Of a stretch of 64,000 nt of DNA, positions 9,646 to 18,449 are shown piece after piece. The stretch is from contig JAADEI010000110.1 of the NCBI GenBank assembly GCA_013153515.1, positions 13 to 64,012 of the forward strand, given 5' to 3'. Source of the stretch: Chlorobiota bacterium (lineage in GTDB: Bacteria > Bacteroidota > Bacteroidia > JAADEI01). A model generated the notes under the pieces. That model was not told where the DNA came from. It was given only the letters and a program-made list of their open reading frames with translations, and made no database searches. Each line of letters starts with the position of its first letter. Positions within the stretch are counted from its first letter, which is position 1. A program made the translations under genes and the position numbers.

Positions 9646-10371
9646 TTAAAAACAAGCAACTTTAATTATCTCTGGTTCAGACACATCATTATGGAAAACT
9701 ATTGCAGATAAGTGCCCCAAACCTTCGTGAGTGTATGTGCATCCCGTATCTATCCGCCAATTATTCCCTTCTTTAATAGGACCCTTAGGGACTGGCGTGT
9801 GTCCACAAACCTGCGTAACGCCCGGGAAATCGCCCAAAGGACCTCTATACCAGATTATGGAATCCGGGGCATCCAGAGGGATAGAAAGAGCCTCTTCCCA
9901 CTTAGAAAAACCGGGTTTAATGCCTGCGTGAGTGATGAGCACGGAAGTGTAGGGTAACTTTACCTCCTCAAATAAAGGGAACATTCTGAACCAACTGATT
10001 AGTTCTTCAATGATTTGTTGAGGAGTTATGTTGAGTTGTTGAGCCTTCTTCTCTATGCTCTCAAGGGTTCTATATCCCCCGTTGGAAAGCCATACATCCA
10101 TCATCAATGGGTTTGCGAAAGCGTTTATCATCATCCATTCGTGGTTGCCAAGGACCGATTGCCACCCCTTCTCTCTAACAAATTGACATACATCAACGGA
10201 TTCGGGTCCTCGGTCTATTAAGTCCCCCACTAAGAACACTTCGGCATTGTCCGGCAGTTTATCCGCAAGTTTCTTTAGGGCTTTAAATCTGCCGTGAACA
10301 TCTCCAATAACAACAACAGGTTTATCTTTCACTTTCTTTGGCTTTGTTCCACACCTGATCCATCTCTTCAA
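9646..10371 (-). CDS. PPP-family metallophosphoesterase (lambda phosphatase / PrpA-ApaH-like)
   Basis: Carries the GDVHG, GDLIDRG and GNHE motifs in the correct order and spacing, and has the right size (220-240 aa). The true start is probably the GTG at about 10333, which overlaps the mazG stop by only a few nt. Confidence 0.8.
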   Translation of the reverse strand: MKRWIRCGTKPKKVKDKPVVVIGDVHGRFKALKKLADKLPDNAEVFLVGDLIDRGPESVDVCQFVREKGWQSVLGNHEWMMINAFANPLMMDVWLSNGGYRTLESIEKKAQQLNITPQQIIEELISWFRMFPLFEEVKLPYTSVLITHAGIKPGFSKWEEALSIPLDAPDSIIWYRGPLGDFPGVTQVCGHTPVPKGPIKEGNNWRIDTGCTYTHEGLGHLSAIVFHNDVSEPEIIKVACF

Positions 10372-11170
10372 GGGTCATTTGTTCCAGTGAGACATTTCGT
10401 TTCTTGGCTTCCTCTTCAATTTTTTGAAATCTCTGTTTGAATTTTTTATTTGCCAGTTCAAGAGCGGTGTCTGGGTTTATTCCCATGTGTCGGGCATAAT
10501 TAACTAATGCGAACAATAGGTCACCAAATTCTTTTTCCTTTTCCTCTTGTGTCTCTGCTTTTTCTAACTCCTTTAGTTCTTCCTTAACCTTTTCTTTCAC
10601 ATTGGATATATTGTTCCAGTCAAAGCCGTATTGGGCTGCTTTCTCTTGCAGCCTGTATGCCTTGATGAGGGAGGGCATTGAGTTGGGAACCCCGTCTAAA
10701 ACAGATTTTCTTTCAGATTTCTTGTTCTTTATCTTTTCCCAGTTTTGCTTCACCTGGGTAGCATTCTCAACGGTTAAGTTCCCATACACATGTGGATGCC
10801 TTTCTATTAGTTTGTTAGACAATTTGTTTATTACATCTACGATATTAAATTTCTCTTGTTCTTCCCCCATCACTGAATAGAACATGACGTGAAGCAGAAC
10901 ATCTCCAAGTTCCTCCTGAATAGCTTCCCAGTCCTTTTTGATTATTGCATCTGAGAGTTCAAAAACTTCTTCAATAGTTAAGTGCCGGATGGAATCAAAG
11001 GTTTGTTCCCTGTCCCATGGGCATTCCCTACGCAATCTTCGTGTGATGGTGTAGATGCGTTTGATGGCTTCTTCCAGTGTTGTAGCATCTTTCAGGTCAA
11101 CTTCTTTGGGTGGCAGGTCATTAAGCAATTTTCTTCCCATTATACGTGGTTTTGCCATTCTTCTTTCCAT
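10322..11170 (-). CDS. mazG: nucleoside triphosphate pyrophosphohydrolase MazG
   Basis: Tandem MazG EExxE motifs (IEEVFELSDAI, EELGDVLLHV; second copy further on). RRECPWDREQT is a typical MazG N-terminus. Confidence 0.85.
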   Translation of the reverse strand: MERRMAKPRIMGRKLLNDLPPKEVDLKDATTLEEAIKRIYTITRRLRRECPWDREQTFDSIRHLTIEEVFELSDAIIKKDWEAIQEELGDVLLHVMFYSVMGEEQEKFNIVDVINKLSNKLIERHPHVYGNLTVENATQVKQNWEKIKNKKSERKSVLDGVPNSMPSLIKAYRLQEKAAQYGFDWNNISNVKEKVKEELKELEKAETQEEKEKEFGDLLFALVNYARHMGINPDTALELANKKFKQRFQKIEEEAKKRNVSLEQMTLEEMDQVWNKAKESER

Positions 11171-14100
11171 TATTATTCATATTCTGTATAAAGCAAGTGA
11201 TGGTTCCACCCGAAGATTTAAGCAACTTGTATAGAGATGACAGTTTTTCTGGTTGTGGGGAAATAGCATATTCAGAAGAGAAATAAGCGGAAGTGTTTAG
11301 ACCATTGATAGATAACTCAAAAAATAATTTTTTGCCTTCTGAGGGCTTGGTCAATAATGCTTTTATGTTTTCCGCTAATTCCTTAGTTGCTTTTTCCGCA
11401 GGCAGTTTTATGTGAACCCCATTGACATTTTGTGAAATGAATTCTTCCAGAGTGGAAATTTTAATTATTTTCCACTGGACCCTATCATCCACTACATTTT
11501 TTGAAACATCTGCCATAATTATTATGGGCTCCCCAACTTGAAGTAGATGATTCCACAGGTCATAGTCCCTTTCAAATACTCTGAGTTCTTGGATTCCAGT
11601 GAAATCCTCAACAACCACAATGTAGAATATGTTTCCATTTTTGCTCACTTTCTTGTCAATTTTTACTGGCACGACAAGGAAGGTTGCAACCCCTTCTTTC
11701 TTTTGGGCATCAGCAATTGTTGTTATGGGTAACATGTTATATAGATACTTAAATTCATCAAGAGGATGCCCAGATATGAAAAACCCAAGCATCTCATGTT
11801 CCTTAATGAGTCTTTCCCGTTTGTTTGTGGATTTTAATTTTGGCAATTCAGGGTCATTGTCCGTTGACGCCAGTTGGTCTAAGGAGAAGAGAGTTGGTCC
11901 AGCGGGAACGGTCTTTTTCTTGCTTGCTAGCTTGGCTGCATATTCAATTGCAGTTTCTGGTTTGCGAACCAGTTGCATAGCATAGGCTTCTCTGGGATTG
12001 CCAAAAGAATCAAATGCTCCCGACCAAACCAAAGACTCTAAGACCTTTTTGTTTAGTCCTGGAACCCTCCGTCCAAGGTCAAAAATGCTCTTAAATTCCC
12101 CATTTTTTGCCCTTTCCTGAATTATTTTGCTTACGATTTCTGAACCGACGTTCTTGATGGCTCCAAGCCCAAACCTTATGTGCCCCTCTTTCGTTACAGT
12201 GAACCCAACTTCACTCTGATTAATATCTGGCGGTAAAATTTTAATTCCCATTGAGCGGGCTTCATTCAGATAGAGGAGCATACTGTCGGGTTTCTTGATG
12301 GCGTTGGAGAGCAATGCAGCCATATACTCAGCAGGATAATGGGCTTTTAGATAAGCGGTTTGGAACGCGAGGAATGAGTAGGCAGCAGCATGACTCTTAT
12401 TGAAACCGTACTGACCAAACTTCTCAATGTCGGCGAAAATTTCCTCCGCCAATTTCTTAGGAATATTGTTCTTAACACAGCCTTCAATGAATTTCTCTTT
12501 TAGTTTGGCGATGAGGTCAGCTTTTTTCTTTCCAACGGCTTTCCGTAGTGTATCTGCTTCGCCGGGAGTAAATCCAGCTAGTTTTTGGGCAACCATCATT
12601 AATTGCTCCTGATAAACCATAATTCCATAAGTGTCTTTTAAAATGGGTTCCATATCCGGATGCTTATATGTGATCTTTTCCTGACCGTGCTTCCGCCTTA
12701 TGTAAGATGGGATATATTCCATTGGACCGGGTCTGTAGAGGGCATTCATAGCAATGAGATCCTCAAAAACAGTGGGTTTCAATTGTTTGAGGTATTTACG
12801 CATGCCTTCAGACTCAAATTGAAAGGTTCCAATAGTGCGTCCTTCTTGGTAGAGCTTGTATGTCTGTGGGTCATCCAGAGGGACGTTATCTATATCTGGC
12901 ACAGCACTCTCCCCGTGCCTATTTTTTATGAATTCAAGAGTGTCGGAGATTATGGTTAAGTTAGCCAGTCCTAAAATATCCATTTTGAGTAAGCCAGCCG
13001 CCTCCGCATCAGCATATTCCCATTGAGTGATGGGTAGTTCCATGTCTTTATGAGAGGCGATGGGGATGGTATCTAAGAGGGGCGATGGGGAGATGATGAT
13101 TCCCGCCGCATGAACCCCTGTTTGCCTTATGGAACCCTCTAATTTAATAGCAATAGAAATCCATTCCCTTATCTTTTCGTTTGATTCATACAATTGCTTT
13201 AATTTGGTAACTGTCTGCAGGGCTTGGGCAACACTCAGGGTCCTGCCTTGACCAGCATCAGGGATTAGTTTAGCCAACTCCTCAATCTCACTTTGTTTGA
13301 ATCCAAGGACCCGCCCTACATCCCTTATTGAGGAGCGGGCTGCCATAGTGCCAAATGTTATAATGTGTGCCACATATTCCTTTCCATATTTGTTCACAAT
13401 ATAGTTTATTACTTTTTCCCTATTTCGGTCGTCAAAGTCAATATCTATATCGGGCATGCTTATCCGATCTGGGTTCAGGAACCGCTCAAACAAAAGATTA
13501 TATTTCAATGGGTCAATTTGTGTTATGCCGATAGTGTATGCTACAAGGGAGCCAGCTGCCGACCCACGCCCAGGACCCACGCGGACTCCAATGTCCTTAG
13601 CACCTGCTATGATATCCCTGACAATCAAAAAATAGGAACTGAACCCCATTCTTTTGATTACGCCAAGCTCATATTCCAGCCTTTGCAGTACTGAGTCCGG
13701 GATCGGGTCGCCGAACTCCCGCTTAGCCCCTTCAATAGCCAGATGGCGCAAATACTCATCAGCACTTTCAAATTCAGGGGGGATAGGGAATTTAGGGAGC
13801 AATACATCACTTGTCAAAGAGATAGGCTTCACCTTGTCGGCAATGGCGAGGGTGTTCTCAATGGCTTGAGGAATGTCAGCAAACAAATTTTTCATTTCTT
13901 CAGGACTCTTCAAATAGAACTCGTTGACGTCAAATCTGAGTCGCTTGGGATCGTCCTTTTTCTTCCCAGTTTGTATGCATAGCAAGACATCATGGGCTTC
14001 ATAATCCTCCTCGTCCAAATAGTGCACATCATTAGTAGCCACTACGGGAACAGAGTATTTATCTGCCAATTGAAGCAGGACCATGTTTAACTTGTCTTGC

Positions 14101-14630
14101 TCCGGGATGCCATGCCGCTGCAACTCAATGTAATAATTCTCTCCAAACACATCTAACCACCATCTCAATAACCTCTCCGCTTTCTCAATATCGCCCTTCA
14201 AAATAGCTTGTGGAATCTCACCCTGCAAACAACTGGACGTGGCAATAAGCCCTTTACTATACTTCTTAATCAGTTCTTTGTCAACCCTCGGCTTGCTATA
14301 ATATCCTTCAAGAAACCCAAGACTAACAATCCTTGACAAATTCCTGAATCCCTCTTCATCCATGGCTAATAGTAATTGATGAAGCCTCTTTTCTTTGGCA
14401 GATTTCTCATGCATATTATTTACCAAGTATACTTCACATCCTACAATAGGCTTTATCCCCGATTCATTAGCCAACCGGACAAATTGGAAGGTGCCATACA
14501 TGTTGCCGTGGTCGGTGAGGGCAACAGCCGGCGAACCATGTTCCTTAACAGTCCTCATCAAATCTTTTAACTTAACAGCCCCATCCAATAAGGAATACTG
14601 TGAATGAAGATGCAAATGCACAAATGACAT
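11121..14630 (-). CDS. dnaE: DNA polymerase III alpha subunit
   Basis: PHP-domain N-terminus (FVHLHLHSQYSLLDGA). Conserved polymerase core (GKEYVAHIITFGT, GVHAAG). OB domain near the C-terminus. 1169 aa. Confidence 0.95.
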   Translation of the reverse strand: MSFVHLHLHSQYSLLDGAVKLKDLMRTVKEHGSPAVALTDHGNMYGTFQFVRLANESGIKPIVGCEVYLVNNMHEKSAKEKRLHQLLLAMDEEGFRNLSRIVSLGFLEGYYSKPRVDKELIKKYSKGLIATSSCLQGEIPQAILKGDIEKAERLLRWWLDVFGENYYIELQRHGIPEQDKLNMVLLQLADKYSVPVVATNDVHYLDEEDYEAHDVLLCIQTGKKKDDPKRLRFDVNEFYLKSPEEMKNLFADIPQAIENTLAIADKVKPISLTSDVLLPKFPIPPEFESADEYLRHLAIEGAKREFGDPIPDSVLQRLEYELGVIKRMGFSSYFLIVRDIIAGAKDIGVRVGPGRGSAAGSLVAYTIGITQIDPLKYNLLFERFLNPDRISMPDIDIDFDDRNREKVINYIVNKYGKEYVAHIITFGTMAARSSIRDVGRVLGFKQSEIEELAKLIPDAGQGRTLSVAQALQTVTKLKQLYESNEKIREWISIAIKLEGSIRQTGVHAAGIIISPSPLLDTIPIASHKDMELPITQWEYADAEAAGLLKMDILGLANLTIISDTLEFIKNRHGESAVPDIDNVPLDDPQTYKLYQEGRTIGTFQFESEGMRKYLKQLKPTVFEDLIAMNALYRPGPMEYIPSYIRRKHGQEKITYKHPDMEPILKDTYGIMVYQEQLMMVAQKLAGFTPGEADTLRKAVGKKKADLIAKLKEKFIEGCVKNNIPKKLAEEIFADIEKFGQYGFNKSHAAAYSFLAFQTAYLKAHYPAEYMAALLSNAIKKPDSMLLYLNEARSMGIKILPPDINQSEVGFTVTKEGHIRFGLGAIKNVGSEIVSKIIQERAKNGEFKSIFDLGRRVPGLNKKVLESLVWSGAFDSFGNPREAYAMQLVRKPETAIEYAAKLASKKKTVPAGPTLFSLDQLASTDNDPELPKLKSTNKRERLIKEHEMLGFFISGHPLDEFKYLYNMLPITTIADAQKKEGVATFLVVPVKIDKKVSKNGNIFYIVVVEDFTGIQELRVFERDYDLWNHLLQVGEPIIIMADVSKNVVDDRVQWKIIKISTLEEFISQNVNGVHIKLPAEKATKELAENIKALLTKPSEGKKLFFELSINGLNTSAYFSSEYAISPQPEKLSSLYKLLKSSGGTITCFIQNMNNNGKKNGKTTYNGKKIA

Positions 14631-14687
14631 CGTAATTAATAATTTGTGTAAAGATACTCAGATTGAGGCATTCAAAAAGCCACGTGA

Positions 14688-15842
14688 TTAGCGAAGTTTT
14701 GTAAATGACCCAACAACTTGCCCATTAACCCTAAGAATATATAGCCCAACGTTTAATTTTGAATGTATGTGTTTCAAATCTTCATTGGCAATATGAACAG
14801 AACCATAATCGCCATAATGCACTACAACACCGTCGCTACGAATAATCTCCAAATGGAAATTAGACAAAGAAGGATTCACAAGTTGAGGGAAAGAATGGGC
14901 TATTAACTGCGTTAACTCTCCCGTCCCTTTGAATAAATTCATCCAGTTGGAGGTCAAAATTGCCCCATCAAAAGTTTCTACTTCAACCCACGCCACCGAT
15001 GGCAGATGTTCAGAAGATAGCAGAAGCTCATTAGTGCTAACGGGAACTTCTATTTTTTCTGTGGTGGCATTTGACAGTGGATCCCGACTCACCACAACCC
15101 ATTGCCTTGAAATGCTAAGGTTGGAACGTAGAATATCCCATTTGAGGAAATAACCATTTTCTAAGTGCGGTTCTGCCCTAAGCAGGATATAGGGTTCAGA
15201 GGGCAGAACAGTGCACCCGTCCGTGGTGCCATATATTATTGAACCATTGGAATCAAGCATGAGGACTTCGCCATCTGTGTCCAATACTTGGCATCTGTCC
15301 CAAGTGACGGTGTCGCCGCAGTTGGCGTTGAAATAGAAAGTTATAGTGCGATAGCGGGATGTTCCGCAATTCCTACTGTTGACGAAGCGTCCACTCCCAT
15401 TGGTAGTATTGTTGGCAAACAAGACATAGATGGGACCTTGACCACAGTGGTTTGAGAAATTGTAATTAATAGTGGGAGGATTGCCCGTGAAGACGAGCAG
15501 TAGAGCATTAGGCGGCAATGGATTATTGGCAACTGCATCCACGAAAAGAGGCGTCGCACACCCGGCAGAAGTATTTAATGCATCTATATATGTAGGATTA
15601 CTGACAAATGTTTTGGTTCCACATGTTGTGTTACAGAAACAACCACCGTTAGGAAAGCAGATTTCTAAGCTGTCTATATCCAACCCGGACGGTCCGGTGT
15701 TGAAGGAAACATATTCGTTTAGCCCTTCCTTACTACCCGGACCGCAAGCATTTATTAAAATCCGCTCAATAGTAGGGCAATTTTGAGAATTCATATCATA
15801 AAACATTATAGATAGCATTACGACAGATAGCAACACTCTCAT
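14688..15842 (-). CDS. Cys-rich secreted protein with T9SS C-terminal domain (paralog A)
   Basis: Signal peptide. Cys-rich N-terminal domain containing ILINACGPG..NEYV..NTG (lamin-tail-domain-like pattern). About 65% identical to the 16598..17764 product. C-terminal T9SS-like sorting domain. Confidence 0.7.
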   Translation of the reverse strand: MRVLLSVVMLSIMFYDMNSQNCPTIERILINACGPGSKEGLNEYVSFNTGPSGLDIDSLEICFPNGGCFCNTTCGTKTFVSNPTYIDALNTSAGCATPLFVDAVANNPLPPNALLLVFTGNPPTINYNFSNHCGQGPIYVLFANNTTNGSGRFVNSRNCGTSRYRTITFYFNANCGDTVTWDRCQVLDTDGEVLMLDSNGSIIYGTTDGCTVLPSEPYILLRAEPHLENGYFLKWDILRSNLSISRQWVVVSRDPLSNATTEKIEVPVSTNELLLSSEHLPSVAWVEVETFDGAILTSNWMNLFKGTGELTQLIAHSFPQLVNPSLSNFHLEIIRSDGVVVHYGDYGSVHIANEDLKHIHSKLNVGLYILRVNGQVVGSFTKLR

Positions 15843-15949
15843 GCTTTCTTAATTTTGCCCAGGGCTAATTATGTGTACTACAAATATACAATGTAGATTT
15901 CAATATGAAAAATGAGAATGTAATAAGGTTAAAAAACTTAATTTAGTCC

Positions 15950-16471
15950 TTGAATAAAACATCTAAGATGCCATCCAAAAGACGAAACACTGCTGTCTTT
16001 CCCGGCTCCTTCGACCCCATTACTATCGGGCATTGGGACATAGTGATGCGGGCGTTGAAAATGTTTGACCACATTTATGTCGGAATTGGTAGGAATATCA
16101 ATAAGAAATGCTTGTTTCCATTGGAAGTTAGGCAACAGCTGGTTCGCAAAACATTTGAAGGGATTCCTAATGTGAGTGTCCACCTTTATGATGGCTTAAC
16201 AGTTGATTTCTGTAGGGAAGTGGGGGCACAGTTTATCATTAGGGGAATAAGAAGCCTGTTTGATTTTGATTATGAAAAGACCTTAGCACACATAAACATG
16301 GAATTAAGCAATGGGGAGATAGAAACCGTTTTTTTGTTCGCAAAACCAGAATACTCTCACGTTAGCTCAACAATGATTAGGGACATTATAACCAACAAGG
16401 GCAAGTGTAGTCAGTTCCTGCCACCACCCATTCAAGATCTTGACCTCATTAGCATAAATCTCTCAACATGA
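15950..16471 (+). CDS. coaD: phosphopantetheine adenylyltransferase
   Basis: AVFPGSFDPITIGHWDIV (T/H-x-G-H nucleotidyltransferase motif), about 160 aa. The real start is probably the Met at 15968. Confidence 0.9.
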   Translation: MNKTSKMPSKRRNTAVFPGSFDPITIGHWDIVMRALKMFDHIYVGIGRNINKKCLFPLEVRQQLVRKTFEGIPNVSVHLYDGLTVDFCREVGAQFIIRGIRSLFDFDYEKTLAHINMELSNGEIETVFLFAKPEYSHVSSTMIRDIITNKGKCSQFLPPPIQDLDLISINLST

Positions 16472-16597
16472 CTCATATGCTTTAATGCTTTAATCTTGGG
16501 TATTGTAATGGACGAATTTCTTTTTCATAATTGTTTGGGTTGCTGGATTTTTGTAATTTTAAAAACACAATGCTTTTAAACAAAATTTAAAATAGTC

Positions 16598-17764
16598 ATG
16601 AGCATTAGATTAATCGTTTTAGGTATATTGCTTTATGCTATGTTTTTATCTATGGCATTTGCCCAGACCTGTCCATTTGTAGAAAAGATCCTGATCAATG
16701 CGTGTGGACTCGGGGGACAGGAAGGCTACAATGAGTACGTGCTTATAAACACAGGCGGTTCAGGAATGGATATTAATCAACTTGAATTATGCTTCCCCAC
16801 ACAAGGAATAGGTTGTTATTGCAACAACGGTTGTGGAACACAGACTTTTGTGAGCAATCAAGCTTACATCAACACGTTGAATGCATCGGCAGGATGTGCA
16901 CAACCTCTCTTTGTCGATGCTGTGAGCAACAATCCACTACCCCCAAACGCCTTGTTGTTAGTATTTACTGGGAACCCGCCCACATATAACTATAACTTCT
17001 CTAATCATTGCGGACAGGGTCCTATCTATGTCCTTTTCGCTAATAATACCACCAGTGGTACAGGCAGGTTCGGCAACGGGAAGAGATGTAGGGGAAGAAA
17101 CAGATTCCAAACTTTTTCCGCCTCTTTCGGTCCTTCCTGCTCGCAAAACATAACCTACGACCGATGCAACTTCGTCAATCAAAATGGCGAAAGCATTATT
17201 GTCAATCCAGATGGAACCCTCACATATGGAGTTTTGGATGGATGTACAGTATTGCCAGAAGAAATACATATCTTGCTTACTATGGAATTGATGGATGAAT
17301 CGGTTGCTCTAAAATGGAGGTTCCAAGGTGATAGTAATGCTATTGTAATGCAAAGATTGATGATTAGACACTTAGATAGACACATAGACACCCTGCACAT
17401 AGACAATGATGCCACTGAGCATGTCATTTCCACGAACAATTTAGAGTCTCACCTGTTGATTTGGGTTGAAGCCATTGATGAAACGGGAAATGTTATCCGG
17501 TCAAACCATGTAGCAATTGAGCCCGAGAATAACAAAGAAGAGATTTATATTTCCTTTGTGCCACACCCTCTCCTCATATTAAAGAAACCCTACCAACCCA
17601 TTGACATCACCGTTTATTCCATAGATGGAACCCTCATTTGGACCTCCGAAGGGACGCCCGTTGAGGAAGCCAATGAAAGATTAAAAAAGTTATACTATAA
17701 ATTGGAAGCAGGGGCTTATGTCCTTCATGTGAATAGCATATATGCAAAACTGTTCTTCAAATAA
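16598..17764 (+). CDS. Cys-rich secreted protein with T9SS C-terminal domain (paralog B)
   Basis: Signal peptide. Same domain organisation as 14688..15842, and shares a 50-aa invariant block (PLFVDAV.NNPLPPNALLLVFTGNPPT.NYNFSNHCGQGPIYVLFANNTT). Confidence 0.7.
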   Translation: MSIRLIVLGILLYAMFLSMAFAQTCPFVEKILINACGLGGQEGYNEYVLINTGGSGMDINQLELCFPTQGIGCYCNNGCGTQTFVSNQAYINTLNASAGCAQPLFVDAVSNNPLPPNALLLVFTGNPPTYNYNFSNHCGQGPIYVLFANNTTSGTGRFGNGKRCRGRNRFQTFSASFGPSCSQNITYDRCNFVNQNGESIIVNPDGTLTYGVLDGCTVLPEEIHILLTMELMDESVALKWRFQGDSNAIVMQRLMIRHLDRHIDTLHIDNDATEHVISTNNLESHLLIWVEAIDETGNVIRSNHVAIEPENNKEEIYISFVPHPLLILKKPYQPIDITVYSIDGTLIWTSEGTPVEEANERLKKLYYKLEAGAYVLHVNSIYAKLFFK

Positions 17765-18449
17765 GCCCCTTAAACAACAATAATAACCATTTGGTGAGGG
17801 CAAAGAAGCCGTATAAAATTAGAAAAGCACTTAACCATGCCATTGTGCCATAATATAAATAAAACTAATACCACAATACTACTGGTCGGGGCACCAATTT
17901 TTTATATAGATTTCTATGCCTCATAGAAGGGCAGTGGTGAATGCCGCATAGCGAATCTTTTGTATTTCGGGATCACCAAAATATGCTATACCATGCCTCA
18001 AATAAACTATTGTTGAATCAGAAAAAGAAGTTGATGTGTATTGCGAAGATTGAGTTGTGCCTTGCAAGGGGGGACCTGTGGGCGGAGAATCAACCTTACC
18101 TATTTGCGTTCTAATGTTTATTGTGGCGAAGTCGTATCTGTTCGGGGACTCTAAGTAAAGAGACGCATACAAAATCGGCAGTTTATGCAGGTTCTCTTCT
18201 TTTTTAGGTTGATGTCTATTTTGCTATTAGAAGCATTGCTATACTTGACACATGTTTTGGGAAACTTTTTTGAAAATTTAGATTTTTTAAATAAATTAGC
18301 CATTTTAGAATGCTTATGAAAGTTATCCTTAAAATCTGGACAGGATATATTAGAATAAAAAGGAATTCTGCATCCAATCAAGGCTATGACAACAAGTAAA
18401 ACTATGAGCCATTCTGTCTACATCGCCGTGCCACATAATCAAATATATA

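Noticed and set aside
11547-14607. Multiple 60-120-aa plus-strand ORFs inside dnaE
   Set aside because: All are antisense to a highly conserved gene. No motifs. Frame-shadow artefacts.
15472-15786. 104-aa plus-strand ORF, and ORFs at 14929-15153 and 15341-15559, within paralog A
   Set aside because: These overlap the better-supported minus-strand secreted protein gene. No features.
17765-18449. tRNA/tmRNA in the long intergenic region
   Set aside because: No GTTCRANYC T-loop, no acceptor-stem complementarity and no CCA-adjacent structure. Left as an unexplained spacer.
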